Of a stretch of 64,000 nucleotides of DNA, positions 1-12,184 are shown in pieces. Every line of letters starts with the position of its first letter. The stretch's first letter is position 1. The DNA comes from an uncultured Alphaproteobacteria bacterium. GTDB lineage: Bacteria > Pseudomonadota > Alphaproteobacteria > Rhizobiales > Rhizobiaceae. The notes below the pieces were generated by a model. The model was given only the letters and a program-made list of their open reading frames with translations. It made no database searches and was not told the DNA's origin. The position numbers were made by a program, and so were the translations under genes. The DNA lies in NCBI GenBank assembly GCA_963838155.1, contig CAWIQE010000038.1:43498-107497 (forward strand), read 5' to 3'.

Positions 1-95
1 ATGAGGTAGGGAATTCCCGGCTGCTGTGCAAGGCGAAGAGCCCGCGCCGCGGCGGACGATCCTTCCGAAACGGCGGCAAAGCGAGAGGCGGTCAA

Positions 96-956
96 TTGGA
101 ATACTGGCTGATGAGGGCTGCCCTTCTGCCCTACCCGCAGATCGACCCGGTCCTGCTCCGGATCGGTCCCCTCGCCATCCATTGGTACGGCGTCGCCTAC
201 ATCGTCGGCATCCTTCTCGGCTGGCTCTACGCCCGCTCGCTCCTCAAGGATACGCGCCTTTGGCCGGGCGGCACGCCGCCGATGGCGTTGAACGACGTCG
301 ACGACTTCCTCTTCTGGGCGGCGATCGGCATCGTCGTCGGGGGGCGCACGGGCTACGTCCTGTTCTACGATCTGGAGCCGGTGCTCCGGCATCCCCTGCG
401 CGCCTTCGAGATCTGGAACGGCGGCATGTCCTTCCACGGCGGCCTGATCGGCACGACGCTGGCGATCGTCCTCTTCTCGCGGTCGCGCTCCATCAACGTC
501 TGGGGGCTGTGCGACCTCATCGCCCCTTGCGTGCCCATCGGGCTGTTTTTCGGCCGAATCGCGAATTTCATCAACGACGAGCTCTGGGGGCGGGTCTCCG
601 ACGTGCCGTGGGCGATGATCTTTCCGACCGGCGGCCCCTTCCCCCGCCATCCGAGCCAGCTCTACGAGGCGGGCCTCGAAGGCATCGTCCTCTTCCTGGT
701 GCTGCGACTGCTGACGCACCGCTTCCGCACACTGAAGAAGCTCCGCTTCACCTGCGGCGCCTTCGTCGCCGGCTACGGGTGCTGCCGCATCTTTTCGGAA
801 TTCTTTCGTGAGCCCGACCCGCAACTGGGTTATCTTTACGGCGGCTGGCTGACGATGGGCATGGTGCTTTCGGTGCCGATGGTCCTCGTCGGAATATGGG
901 CGATGGTGAGCGCGCGTCCCGACACGGACAAGGCGGGTGCGCCCGCTTCGAGATGA
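96..956 (+). CDS. lgt: prolipoprotein diacylglyceryl transferase
   Basis: ORF 96..956. [39 protein letters not shown] and [15 protein letters not shown] are typical Lgt motifs. TTG at 96 has GAGAGG 7 nt upstream; alternative ATG at 111. Confidence 0.9.
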   Translation: MEYWLMRAALLPYPQIDPVLLRIGPLAIHWYGVAYIVGILLGWLYARSLLKDTRLWPGGTPPMALNDVDDFLFWAAIGIVVGGRTGYVLFYDLEPVLRHPLRAFEIWNGGMSFHGGLIGTTLAIVLFSRSRSINVWGLCDLIAPCVPIGLFFGRIANFINDELWGRVSDVPWAMIFPTGGPFPRHPSQLYEAGLEGIVLFLVLRLLTHRFRTLKKLRFTCGAFVAGYGCCRIFSEFFREPDPQLGYLYGGWLTMGMVLSVPMVLVGIWAMVSARPDTDKAGAPASR

Positions 957-2068
957 TATGGAACGTCGTGTCGACACCGCTCGCAGAACGGATGAAAGCC
1001 CTGATCGCATCGGCCGGCCCGCTCGGCGTGGCCGACTATTTCGCCATGTGCCTCGGCGATCCGGACCACGGCTACTACCGCACGCGCGAGCCCTTCGGCC
1101 GCGCCGGCGACTTCGTCACGGCGCCTGAGATCAGCCAGCTCTTCGGCGAGATGATCGGCGTCTTCCTCGTCCACGCCTGGCATGCGAGCGGCCGCCCCTC
1201 CGGCGTGCGGCTCGCCGAGCTCGGCCCCGGCCGCGGCACCATGATGGCGGACGTCCTTCGGGTCGCCGAACGCTTGGCGCCGGACCTCGCGGCGGCGGCG
1301 AGCGTGCACATGGTCGAGACGAGCGAGCGCCTGGTGGCCGTGCAGCGCGAGACGCTGCGCTCCTGCGCGACCCCGATCGCATGGCACCGCCGGCTCGACG
1401 ACGTCCCCGAGGGCTTCCTGCTCCTCGTCGCCAACGAATTCTTCGACGCCATCCCGATCCGCCAGTTCGTCAAGACGCCGGACGGCTTCCGCGAGCGGAC
1501 GGTCGGGCTCGCCGCCGACGGCGGTCTTTGCTTCGTCGCGGGTCCGGCGACCCTTTCTTCCGACGAGCTCCCTCAGGACGCCGGCGCCCAGCCGGCGGGG
1601 ACGATCGTCGAGATCTCCCCCGCGCGCACGGCGATCATGGCGGCCGTCGCCGGCCGCCTCGCGGCCGCGGGCGGCGTCGCCCTCGTCCTCGACTACGGCC
1701 ATCTGGTGACCGGCTACGGCGACACGCTGCAGGCGCTGAAGAACCATGCGGCCGACGATCCGCTCGCCCACCCTGGCGACGCGGACCTGACGAGCCATGT
1801 CGATTTCGCCGCCCTCGCCCGGGCCGCCGGGAGCGAGGGCGCCAGCCTCGTCGGCGCCATGACCCAGGGCGACTTCCTGCTCGGCCTCGGCCTGCTCGAA
1901 CGCGCCGGCAATCTCGGCGCCGGCAAGGACCACGCGACCCAGGAGGCCATCCGCGACGCCGTCGAGCGGCTTGCCGCGCCCGGCAAGGGCAACATGGGCG
2001 AACTGTTCAAGGTTCTGGCCGTTTCCGGCAGCCCCGCCAGAATTCCCCCCTTCATATCCCGCGATTGA
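953..2068 (+). CDS. class I SAM-dependent methyltransferase, DUF185 / NDUFAF7 (MidA) family
   Basis: ATG at 953 overlaps the lgt stop (ATGA). [41 protein letters not shown] and [14 protein letters not shown] match the family signature. The track ORF starts upstream at 896. Confidence 0.85.
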   Translation: MIWNVVSTPLAERMKALIASAGPLGVADYFAMCLGDPDHGYYRTREPFGRAGDFVTAPEISQLFGEMIGVFLVHAWHASGRPSGVRLAELGPGRGTMMADVLRVAERLAPDLAAAASVHMVETSERLVAVQRETLRSCATPIAWHRRLDDVPEGFLLLVANEFFDAIPIRQFVKTPDGFRERTVGLAADGGLCFVAGPATLSSDELPQDAGAQPAGTIVEISPARTAIMAAVAGRLAAAGGVALVLDYGHLVTGYGDTLQALKNHAADDPLAHPGDADLTSHVDFAALARAAGSEGASLVGAMTQGDFLLGLGLLERAGNLGAGKDHATQEAIRDAVERLAAPGKGNMGELFKVLAVSGSPARIPPFISRD

Positions 2069-2137
2069 CATGCCATGAGGCAGTCTTCACCATCGCCGCG
2101 CTCGTTCCGAGGCAGCGGTCGCATGAGGAGGCCGACC

Positions 2138-2935
2138 ATGCTTGACCAGTCCCACCCGCAGCCGATCGAAAGTCCGCTGCTCGAGGCGGCGACGCGCGGC
2201 GGCCCCGTCCGCCACGGTTTCTTCACCCGCGAGGGCGGCATCTCCGGAGACGTCTACAAGGGCCTGAACGTCGGCCTCGGCTCGGACGACGACCGCGGCA
2301 GCGTCCTGGAGAACCGCGCGCGGGTCTGCCGGTGGTTCGCCGCCGAAAGCGACCGCCTCGTCACGCCGCACCAGGTCCACTCCGCCGACGTTCACGTGGC
2401 CGACGGCCCGTTCGACGGCGACCGGCCGAAGGCCGATGCGGTGGTCACCGCCGTTCCCGGCCTCGTTCTCGGCGTCCTGACGGCCGATTGCGGGCCGATC
2501 CTGCTCGCCGATCCGCAGGCCGGCGTCGTCGCCGCCGCCCATGCCGGCTGGCGCGGCGCCTTCGACGGCATCGTCGAGAACACCGTCGCCGCCATGGTCG
2601 CGCTCGGCGCCTCCCGCACCCGCATCGTCGCCGCCCTCGGCCCCTCGATCAGCCGTCGGAACTACGAGGTCGGCCCCGAATTCGTCGAGCGGTTCACGAC
2701 GCGCGACGCCGCGCTCGAACGCTTCTTCTCCCCGTCGGACCGCCCCGGGCACGCCATGTTCGACCTGCCGGCCTTCACCCTGGCGCGGCTTTCCGAATCG
2801 GGAGTCGCCGCCGAAAATCTCGATCTCTGCACCTATCCCGACGAAGAACGCTTCTTTTCCTACCGCCGCACCAGCCATCGCGGCGAGCCGGACTACGGCC
2901 GGCAGATTTCGGCTATTTCGATCAAGGAGTTATAA
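2138..2935 (+). CDS. pgeF: peptidoglycan editing factor PgeF / YfiH laccase-domain protein
   Basis: ATG 2138 preceded by GAGGAGG. VRHGFFTREGGIS, HQVHSADV, LGVLTADCGPILL, AAAHAGWRG and CTY..E.FFSYRR motifs of the DUF152/YfiH family. Confidence 0.85.
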   Translation: MLDQSHPQPIESPLLEAATRGGPVRHGFFTREGGISGDVYKGLNVGLGSDDDRGSVLENRARVCRWFAAESDRLVTPHQVHSADVHVADGPFDGDRPKADAVVTAVPGLVLGVLTADCGPILLADPQAGVVAAAHAGWRGAFDGIVENTVAAMVALGASRTRIVAALGPSISRRNYEVGPEFVERFTTRDAALERFFSPSDRPGHAMFDLPAFTLARLSESGVAAENLDLCTYPDEERFFSYRRTSHRGEPDYGRQISAISIKEL

Positions 2936-2936
2936 G

Positions 2937-4088
2937 ATGGCCCTGCAATTCGCCCCCGACGAATACGAAGACCGACGAAAGCGCCTTCTCGAGGCGATGC
3001 AGGAGGAAAAGCTCGAAGCCGTGCTGCTCTTCGCGCAGGAAAGCATGTACTGGCTGACCGGGTTCGACAGCTTCGGCTTCTGCCACTTCCAGTGCCTCGT
3101 CGTGAAGGCCGACGGCGACATGGCGCTCCTCGCCCGCTCGGCCGACCTGCGGCAGGCGCGCCAGACCTCGACCATCGAGCGGATCGTCGTGTGGATCGAC
3201 CGCGCCAACGCCGACCCGACCGGCGACCTGAAGAACCTTCTCGACGACATGGATCTTCTCGGCTGCCGGATCGGCGTCGAATACGACACCCACGGGCTGA
3301 CCGGCGCCAATTGCCGGATGCTCGACAACCGCCTGCAATCCTTCGCCAATCCGGTCGACGCCTCCCACGTCGTCAGCCGGCTGCGGCTGATCAAGAGCCC
3401 GGAGGAGATCGCCCGCGTCCGCCGCGCCGCCGAGCTCGCCGACGCGGCCCTCGACGCGGCGCTCCCCCTGGTGCGCCCGGGCACCGACGAAGCCGCGATC
3501 CTCGCCGCCATGCAGGGCGCCGTCCTCGCCGGCGGAGGCGACTATCCCGCCAACCCCTTCGTCATCGGCTCCGGCCGGGAGGCGCTGCTGTGCCGCTACA
3601 AGTCGGGACGGCGCAAGCTCGAAGCCGAGGACCAGCTGACGCTCGAATGGGCCGGGGTCGACGCCCACTACCACGCGGCCATGATGCGCACCGTGCTCGT
3701 CGGCACCGTCGGCGAGCGCCACCGGGCCCTCTACGAGGCCGCGCGCGCCGCGATCGAGGAAATCGAGACGGTGATGCGGCCGGGCCGGACCTTCGGCGAC
3801 GTCTTCGCCGCCCATGCCCGCGTCATGGACCAGCGCGACATGACCCGCCACCGCCTGAACGCCTGCGGCTATTCGCTCGGCGCCCGCTTCGCGCCGTCCT
3901 GGATGGAGCACCAGATGTTCTACGCCGAGAACCCCCAGCCGATCGCGCCCTCCATGTCGCTGTTCGTCCACATGATCATCATGGACTCCGACAGCGGATG
4001 CGCGATGTGCCTCGGCCAGAGCTATCTCACCACCGAAGACGCCCCGGAACCGCTGTCGAGACACGGGCTCGACCTGATTTCATGCTGA
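2937..4088 (+). CDS. M24 family metallopeptidase (Xaa-Pro dipeptidase / creatinase-like)
   Basis: ATG 2937 lies 1 nt after the pgeF stop, in frame with track ORF 2541..4088. Creatinase/prolidase-type N-domain followed by an M24 pita-bread-like region (IKSPEEIARVRRAAELADAAL...). Confidence 0.8.
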   Translation: MALQFAPDEYEDRRKRLLEAMQEEKLEAVLLFAQESMYWLTGFDSFGFCHFQCLVVKADGDMALLARSADLRQARQTSTIERIVVWIDRANADPTGDLKNLLDDMDLLGCRIGVEYDTHGLTGANCRMLDNRLQSFANPVDASHVVSRLRLIKSPEEIARVRRAAELADAALDAALPLVRPGTDEAAILAAMQGAVLAGGGDYPANPFVIGSGREALLCRYKSGRRKLEAEDQLTLEWAGVDAHYHAAMMRTVLVGTVGERHRALYEAARAAIEEIETVMRPGRTFGDVFAAHARVMDQRDMTRHRLNACGYSLGARFAPSWMEHQMFYAENPQPIAPSMSLFVHMIIMDSDSGCAMCLGQSYLTTEDAPEPLSRHGLDLISC

Positions 4089-4963
4089 AAGCGAAGCAGA
4101 CGGACCGGGCCGCCCTCCCGGCAGGCCCGACTTCCCTCCGGCGGCGCCCGATCGTCCGGCTGCCCGTCGCAATGCTGCTCGCGGCCGCCGCGTCGGCCTG
4201 CACGCTGTCCGACAGCCTGGTCCCGCCCAATCCGATCCCCGAGGCGCGGCCGTCGGAGGCCGCCGGCTACGGGCAGGACGCCACGCCCATCGATCCCTCC
4301 ACGGGCGACGACCGGGTGGCGATGGCCGCACCCGCCCCGACCGGCCCCGTCGAGGCCGCCGCCCTGCCGCCTCCGGCCGCGACGACGAGCCGGAGCGGCG
4401 GTGTCTACGCCCCGCGCACGGCGCCCGGGAGCGGCTCGTCGAACCGCCAGGCGGCCGCCTTCCCCGCCGCCTCGCAGAAACGCAGGACCCCGCCGCCGGC
4501 GCGCGCGAGCGAACCCCAGCCCGCGCCCGCCGCCGCGCCCGCCGCCCCTGCTGCCGCCGCCACAACGACGGCAAGCCGCGAACCGGCGCGTCAGACCGCG
4601 CCGACGATACGCTTCACCCCGGTGATCGGAGCCCCCGTCGGCGCCATCCGGCCCCTGTCGGCGGAACTGGAAAAGGCCGCCCGCAGCCACGGCGTCGTTA
4701 TCCGCAACACGGCGGACGAACCGGTGGACAACATCCTGCGCGGCTATTTCTCCGCCTCGGCCGGCGGTTCGAAGGTCCGGCTGGTCTATATGTGGGACGT
4801 CCTCGACGCCTCGGGCACGCAGCTGCACCGGATGCAGGGCACCGTCACGGCGCCCGGCTCCGCCGCGGATCCCTGGAAATCCGTGCCGGATGCGACGATG
4901 CGGGACATCGCGCGAAAGACGATTTCGGACTATCTCGCATGGCGCGCGGGGCGGCCGGGATGA
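4082..4963 (+). CDS. hypothetical lipoprotein with Pro/Ala-rich linker
   Basis: ATG 4082 overlaps the M24 stop by 7 nt. Basic N-terminus plus a hydrophobic stretch ending AAASAC (lipobox-like), a long P/A-rich region and a globular C-terminus. No family recognised. Confidence 0.6.
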   Translation: MLKAKQTDRAALPAGPTSLRRRPIVRLPVAMLLAAAASACTLSDSLVPPNPIPEARPSEAAGYGQDATPIDPSTGDDRVAMAAPAPTGPVEAAALPPPAATTSRSGGVYAPRTAPGSGSSNRQAAAFPAASQKRRTPPPARASEPQPAPAAAPAAPAAAATTTASREPARQTAPTIRFTPVIGAPVGAIRPLSAELEKAARSHGVVIRNTADEPVDNILRGYFSASAGGSKVRLVYMWDVLDASGTQLHRMQGTVTAPGSAADPWKSVPDATMRDIARKTISDYLAWRAGRPG

Positions 4964-5082
4964 AACCGCATGATTCCTGACGGATTCGCCGCACAAGCCC
5001 CGATACCGGCACGCCGGCATCTTGCAATCGTGTCCAAGCCAGCTAAAAGCCCCACAACAGGCGCACACACAGGCGGGTCGAA

Positions 5083-6015
<933 letters not shown>

Positions 6016-6054
6016 GGCGCCCGCGCAGGCCCTGCCCGAAGGCGTTGCAAGGTT

Positions 6055-7308
6055 CTAGGCCCACTCGCCCTTGCGCATCAGCGGTTCGGCCTCGCCCGCT
6101 TCGGTGATCCCGTCGACGTCGATCTCGCCGGAACCGATCATCCAGTCGACATGGATGAGGCTCGCATTGGCGCCGCGCGCGGCGAGATCCTCCACGCTGG
6201 CGCTTCCGCCGTTCTTCATGCATTTGGAATAGGACTGGCCGAGGGCGATGTGGCAGGCGGCGTTCTCGTCGAACAGCGTGTTGAAGAACAGCGTGCCGCT
6301 GGCCGAGATCGGCGACGAGTGCGGCACCAGCGCCACCTCGCCCAGGCGCCGCGCGCCCTCGTCCACGTCGATGAGCTTCTTCAGCGCCGCCTCGCCGGTC
6401 GAGGCGCGCGCCTCGACGATCCGTCCCTCCTCGAAGCGCACCTCGATGTCGCGGATCACGACGCCCTGGTGGGCCAGCGGCTTGGTGCTGCGCACGTGCC
6501 CCTCGACGCGGCGGCAGTGCGGCGTGGTGAAGACTTCCTCCGTCGGGATGTTCGGGTTGCACATGACGCCCTGGATCGTCCGGCCGGCGCCGCCGCCCCA
6601 GGAATGGCCGTCGGCGAGGCCCACGGTCAGGTCGGTGCCCGGGCCGGTGAAGCGAAGGGCGGAATACTGCTTCTCCTCCAGGAGCTTGCGGCGCGCCGAG
6701 AGCTCGCCGTTATGCGCCGCCCAGGCCGCCTTCGGATCGGCGACGGAGGCGTCGACGCGGCTGGCCGAGAAGATCGCCTTCCACAGCCGGTCGACGGCGT
6801 CCGGCGCATCCGGGAAGACCGTCTTCGCCCAGGCTTCGCTCGCATGGGCGACGATCGACCAGTTGGTCTCGAAGCGCGTGATCCGGCCGATCACCGGCTT
6901 GCTGGCCCTGGCGAAGGCAGCCTCGGCGCGGGCGACCTTCTCCGGATCCTCCTCGGCAAGCAGGTTGGGGTCGGCGCCGATCACCTTGAGGCGCGCCGTG
7001 CGGCCGTCCTCCATGGCACGCGCGATTCCCTCGTGGAGCCAGCCGCGGTCCCGGTCGAAGGAGGCCTCGTGCCCCAGCCGGAAGCGCGCGAGCGTCGCCG
7101 CCTCGTCGTCGTACATGACGGTGACGAGCCCCGCGCCGCGGCGATAGGCCCGCTCGGTGATCCGCCGGACGAGATCCAGCATCGACACGTCGGCGGAAAT
7201 CAGCAGGTCCTGCCCCTCCTGCACGTTCACCCCGACCTCGACCGCGACGTCGGCGAGGCGGTCGAGAAGGTCCGAATGCGTCAGCGTGGCGTGGGTGGCG
7301 TGGTTCAT
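6055..7308 (-). CDS. aminopeptidase, M29 (AmpS/PepS) family
   Basis: ATG at 7308 (MNHATHATLTHSDLLDRLADVAVEVGVNVQEGQDL...), in frame with track ORF 6055..7779. 417 aa, full-length match to thermophilic-metalloprotease M29 architecture. Confidence 0.88.
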   Translation of the reverse strand: MNHATHATLTHSDLLDRLADVAVEVGVNVQEGQDLLISADVSMLDLVRRITERAYRRGAGLVTVMYDDEAATLARFRLGHEASFDRDRGWLHEGIARAMEDGRTARLKVIGADPNLLAEEDPEKVARAEAAFARASKPVIGRITRFETNWSIVAHASEAWAKTVFPDAPDAVDRLWKAIFSASRVDASVADPKAAWAAHNGELSARRKLLEEKQYSALRFTGPGTDLTVGLADGHSWGGGAGRTIQGVMCNPNIPTEEVFTTPHCRRVEGHVRSTKPLAHQGVVIRDIEVRFEEGRIVEARASTGEAALKKLIDVDEGARRLGEVALVPHSSPISASGTLFFNTLFDENAACHIALGQSYSKCMKNGGSASVEDLAARGANASLIHVDWMIGSGEIDVDGITEAGEAEPLMRKGEWA

Positions 7309-7471
7309 GGCCGAAAGCCTCCGAGGTCGTTTCGAATTGTGCGCCATGTCACCGAGCGAGGCACGCCCTGTCAATCTCGATCGAGCCCTTGACGACGGCC
7401 CCGGGTCCCGCCGCGATTGCTCCCGCCGCCGAAACCGGGCAGATTGGCCGTTCGTTCGGGGAGGCGTGAAA

Positions 7472-8671
7472 ATGGCGGACGGATCCAAGGTCCTGTCGAT
7501 CCTGGTGCTGGTCGTCGCCGAGCTCTCGGGCATGAGCCTCTGGTTCACCTCGGCGGCGATCCTGCCGGACATGGTTCGCGAGGCGGCCGTCTCGCCCATG
7601 CGGCAGGCGCTGCTGTCGAGCGGCGTGCAGGCCGGTTTCGTCCTCGGCGCGCTCGCCTTCTCGATAAGCGGCGTGCCCGACCGCTTCGACCCGAGGACCG
7701 TCTTCTCGCTCTCCTGCCTGGCGGCCGCGGCCGCCAATCTCGCGCTCGTCTTCCTGGCCCCGGGCGGCAACGGCGCCATCGCCTCGCGGGTCTTGACGGG
7801 CGCGCTCCTCGCCGGCGTCTACCCGGTCGGCATGAAGATCGCGGTCGGCTGGGGCCGCCGCGACAGGGGGCTGCTCGTCGGCCTCCTGGTCGGCGCGCTG
7901 ACCTTCGGCAACAGCGTGCCCTTCCTGACCAGCGCCCTTCGCGGCTCCGACTGGCGCGCCACCGTGGCGACGGTCTGCGCCGTCGCGGCCTTCGGCGCGC
8001 TCCTCGTGCTGACGGTCCGCCTCGGCCCCTTCCACGCCAGGGCCAGCCGCTTCGAGCCCGGCGCCATTGCCCTCGCCTGGAGGGACAAGCGCATCCGCGC
8101 CGCCTATCTCGGCTATTTCGGGCACATGTGGGAGCTCTTCGCCATGTGGGCGTGGATCGGCGCCGCGGTCGCCGTATCCTATTCGCAGCGTCTCCCGGCA
8201 CCGGAGGCGCACAGGCTCGCGACGCTGACCGCCTTCGCCGCGATCGCCTGCGGCGCCTTCGCCTCCGTCGCCGCCGGCCTGGCGGCCGACCGGATCGGCA
8301 AGGCGGAGGTGGCGATCCTCGCCATGCTGGCGAGCGGCTGCTGCGCGCTTCTGACGGCGTCGACCTTTGGCGGCCCCGTCTGGCTGACCTTCGCGATCGT
8401 CGTGCTGTGGGGCGCGTCGGTCATCCCCAATTCGGCGCAGTTCTCGGCCCTGGTCGCCGATTTCGCGCCGCCGCGCCTGGCGGGAAGCCTGATGACCTTC
8501 CAGACCGCCCTCGGCTTCGCACTGACCATCGCGACCGTCCAGGCGACGCCGCTCCTCGCCCGCGCGACGGGATGGCCGGTCGTGCTGGCGGGCCTCGCCC
8601 TCGGGCCCGCCTTCGGCGTGGCCGCGATGCTGCCCTTGCGGCGCGGAAACGCGGCCGGCGCCGGCCCCTGA
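7472..8671 (+). CDS. MFS transporter
   Basis: ATG 7472 (MADGSKVLSILVLVVAELSGMSLWF...). About 12 hydrophobic segments; 399 aa. Confidence 0.8.
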   Translation: MADGSKVLSILVLVVAELSGMSLWFTSAAILPDMVREAAVSPMRQALLSSGVQAGFVLGALAFSISGVPDRFDPRTVFSLSCLAAAAANLALVFLAPGGNGAIASRVLTGALLAGVYPVGMKIAVGWGRRDRGLLVGLLVGALTFGNSVPFLTSALRGSDWRATVATVCAVAAFGALLVLTVRLGPFHARASRFEPGAIALAWRDKRIRAAYLGYFGHMWELFAMWAWIGAAVAVSYSQRLPAPEAHRLATLTAFAAIACGAFASVAAGLAADRIGKAEVAILAMLASGCCALLTASTFGGPVWLTFAIVVLWGASVIPNSAQFSALVADFAPPRLAGSLMTFQTALGFALTIATVQATPLLARATGWPVVLAGLALGPAFGVAAMLPLRRGNAAGAGP

Positions 8672-8781
8672 GGCGAAAATCTCCGGGAGTTCTCTCCCCC
8701 GGCGGATTTGACATCCTCCCCCGAGATTCTAGATAGGGTGACCTCCGCCGCGCCGTTCATGCACCGACAAAGAGGCCGATC

Positions 8782-11150
8782 TTGCCCGCTGCACCATCGA
8801 GGACGACCATCTCTCCCGCGCTCGCGGCCATCGCCGCAATGCTGATCGCCGCGTTCGGGCTGCTTGCCGCCACCCCCGCCGGCGCCGCCACGACCGCGCC
8901 GGCCGCCCCCGAGGCGACGAGCGAACAGGGCCAGGCGGCGAGCCAGCAGGACAAGCAGATCCAGGCCGTCGTCGACGCCATCAAGAACGACAAGACCCGG
9001 CAGAAGCTGATCGACGCGCTGGAAAAGGTCGGGGCGCCGGCCAAGCCCTCGAAAAAGGCCGCGGAGGAAGCCGCCGTCGACCAGGGCATCGCCTCCTTCG
9101 GGCGCCGGATCGCCGAATTCACCCAGTCGATCGCGCAAGGGGCGGCGCACTCCGCTCAGGCATTCGTAGGCCAGCTTGGATCCGCGCCGGCGCGGCTTTC
9201 GGCCCTCGGTCCCGACCAGATGCGCGTGCTCGCCATCGCCGTGCGCGACGTGGCGCTCTCGATCGTCGCGACCTATCTCATCTATTTCGCCCTGCGCTGG
9301 CTCGCCGTCCGCCTCTTCCGGCGCATCGGCGGCTTTGCCGAGGACGCGGGGTTCTTCCGGCGGGCCTTCCTCGTCGTCGTCTCGGCCGCGATCGACGCCG
9401 CGGTCGTGGCGCTCGCCTGGGCCGCCGGCTATCTCGTCACCCTCTTCGTCTTCGGTCACTTCGGCGAGGTCGGCATCCGCCAGTCGCTCTATCTCAACGC
9501 CTTCCTCCTCGTCGAGCTCTTCAAGGTCCTCCTGCGGGTCGTCCTGTCGCCGGCGACCGCCGACCTGAGGCTGATCAACATCAGCGACCGGGCAGCCGCG
9601 GTGCTGAACAACCGCCTGGCATGGATCGTCGGCATCCTCGGCTACGGCCAGCTCTTCGTCACGCCCGTCTTCAACCAGAGCGTCTCGGTCGCCGCCGGGC
9701 AGGCGATCTCGGTCCTCCTGTCGCTGGTCGCCCTGGTGATCGCGGTCTCCATGACCGTGCGCAACCGCTTCGCCGTGCGCAACTGGCTGCTCGGCGAGAC
9801 CACCGACCGGAGGGAGCCGTCGCGCTCGGCGCAGATCATCGCCGAGTACTGGTACCTGGCGGTGCTCCTCTACTTCGCCTTCCTCTTCGTCGTCGTGCTC
9901 ACCCAGCCCGCCGCTAGCCTCCTGCCGGTCCTCGCGGCGACCGCCAAGATCCTCGTCGCCCTCATCATCGGCTTCGGCATCACCGGCTGGCTCGGCCGCG
10001 CGCACGGCCGCGGAATCCGGCTTCCGGAAAACCTGACGCAGAAGCTGCCCCTGCTCGAGGCCCGGCTCAACGCCTTCGTGCCGCGCATCCTGACGGCGGT
10101 CCGCGTCGTCGTCTTCCTGGCGGTCCTCCTCTTCGCGCTCGACATCGTCGGACTGATCGACATACCCGCCTGGGTCAACACCCAGATCGGCGCGCAGGCG
10201 ACGACCGCCGGCGTCTCCGTCGTGCTGATCCTGCTCGTCGCCGCCGCGGTCTGGCTGGCAATGACCTCATGGGTCGACTACCGCCTCAATCCGGATTACG
10301 GCTCGGTGCCGACGACGCGCGAGACGACGCTGCTGGCGCTGATGCGCAACGCCGCGACGGTCGCCCTGATCGTCATCACGCTGATGTTCGTGCTTTCCGA
10401 GATCGGCATCAACATCGCGCCGCTGATCGCCTCTGCCGGCGTGCTCGGCCTCGCCGTCGGCTTCGGCGCGCAGAAGCTGGTACAGGACATCATCACCGGC
10501 ATCTTCATACAGCTCGAGAACGCCATCAACGTCGGCGACGTGGTGACCGCCGGCGGCACCACCGGCGTGGCCGAGCGCCTGACCATCCGTTCCGTCAGCC
10601 TGCGCGACCTCGACGGCACCTATCACATCATCCCCTTCTCCTCGGTCGACAAGGTCGCCAACTTCATGAAGGGCTTCTCCTACTCCGTCTGCAACATGGG
10701 GGTCGCCTACCGCGAGACCTACGACGACGTGAAGGACGCCATGTTCGCGGCCTTCGAGCTCCTGCGCAAGGATCCCGACGCAGCGCCCCGATCCTCGGCG
10801 ACCTCGAATGGTTCGGCGTCACCGAGTTCGGCGACAGCGCCGTCGTCGTGCGCGCCCGCATCAAGACGCTGCCCGGCAGCCAGTGGGGCGTCGGCCGCGC
10901 CTACAACCGCTATCTCAAGCAGGTCTTCGACGAGCGCAACATCGAGATCCCCTTCCCCCACCAGACGATCTATTTCGGCGAGGACAAGCGGGGCAACGCT
11001 CCCGTCGCGCATGTCCGCCTCGGCAATGAGGAGGCGACGCCCGAGGAAACCATCGAACACGCGCCCGCCAAGCCGTCGCCGTCCGACACGGTCAGCAACG
11101 TGCCTCCGCAGAACGCCGAGGGCGACGACGCGGCGGAAGTCGACAAGTAG
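8782..11150 (+). pseudogene. mechanosensitive ion channel (MscS/MscK-type, large N-terminal extension), frame-broken near 10786
   Basis: TTG 8782 with AAAGAGG upstream. Signal-like N-terminus, many TM segments and the MscS core GFGAQKLVQDIITGIFIQLENAINVGDVV in frame 1. The conserved C-terminal domain (ILGDLEWFGVTEFGDSAVVVRARIKT...IPFPHQTIYFGED) continues in the frame of ORF 10269..11150. Confidence 0.8.
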
Positions 11151-11177
11151 CCCCGGAGCGGGAGAGAGCGGACGGGC

Positions 11178-11972
11178 CTAGCCCTTCGGGCCCGGGAACA
11201 GCGCGGTGCCCTTGGCGAGGTGATAGGCCACGAGGCCGATCCACTCGTGGACGGCCACGTCGGTGCGCGCCAGGCCGGCCGAAACGGACTCGGTCGGCTG
11301 CCAGAGGTCGGCCCGCATGGTCCGGTCGTCCACCGGATAGGGCAGCACGTCGAAGCCCACCTTCTCGAAACAGGCGACGGACCGCGGCATGTGGTAGGCC
11401 GAAGTGACGAGAAGCCACGTCTCGCCGGGCCGGGGCTTGGCGATCCGCACGCTGTTCTCGGCGTTCTGGATGGTGTTGCGCGAGGTGGTGTCGACCGAGA
11501 TCCGCCCCGGCGCCACGCCGAGGCCCTCGATCAGGCGGCGCGCCCAGTAGGCCTCCGACTTGCTGCCGTTGGTCGACAGCCGCCCGATGCCGCCCGACAA
11601 CAGGATGCGCGCCTCCGGATAGCGTCGCGCCAGCTCCACCGTCGCGGTCAGCCGCTCGGCCGCCTCGTTGGTCTCCGGCCGGTCGTGGGCGCTCGACAGC
11701 AGCGGATCGACCGCGCCGCCGAGCCAGACGATGCCGGTCACCCGGTCGGGCAGCTTCGGCACCGGAAAGCGCGTCTCGAGCGGCATCATCAGCGCCGAAC
11801 CGACCGGCAGCCATCCGCAGGCGACGAGAACGAGCACCGCCGCCGCGGCGAGCGCCGTGCCGGCCCGCCGCCGGCCGAAGGCGACGAGCACGACCCCGAC
11901 GAGGCCGAGGATCGCGATCGCGTCGGACGGCGTGATGACGATCGCGGCGAGCTTGGAGACAACGAAGAACAT
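11178..11972 (-). CDS. YdcF / DUF218 (ElyC-like) family protein
   Basis: ATG 11972 (MFFVVSKLAAIVITPSD...), GAAAGGG upstream. ILLSGG...SEA and LVTSAYHMPRS motifs of DUF218. Confidence 0.8.
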   Translation of the reverse strand: MFFVVSKLAAIVITPSDAIAILGLVGVVLVAFGRRRAGTALAAAAVLVLVACGWLPVGSALMMPLETRFPVPKLPDRVTGIVWLGGAVDPLLSSAHDRPETNEAAERLTATVELARRYPEARILLSGGIGRLSTNGSKSEAYWARRLIEGLGVAPGRISVDTTSRNTIQNAENSVRIAKPRPGETWLLVTSAYHMPRSVACFEKVGFDVLPYPVDDRTMRADLWQPTESVSAGLARTDVAVHEWIGLVAYHLAKGTALFPGPKG

Positions 11973-12184
11973 CGGACCCTTTCGTCGGGAGCGGCCATCC
12001 TCCCCCGCAAACGTGAACATTCCGCTGATGCCCGGACGCGCGGCCGCTCGCGGGGACGCCGCCGGGGCGACGCTGCGTCAGAATGCCTCATCGGACGCCT
12101 GAACCCATAGGGCCGGCAAAGCCGTTCGCCAACGAGCGGCCTGCGCCGCACGGATCGGCACAATAGGAATTCGGACGGGAAGAC

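Noticed and set aside
3092-4963. A 623-aa ORF spanning the M24 peptidase region
   Set aside because: Its first 330 codons are an out-of-frame R/P/G-rich read over the M24 gene. Only the part from ATG 4082, which has a signal/lipobox-like start, is taken as a gene.
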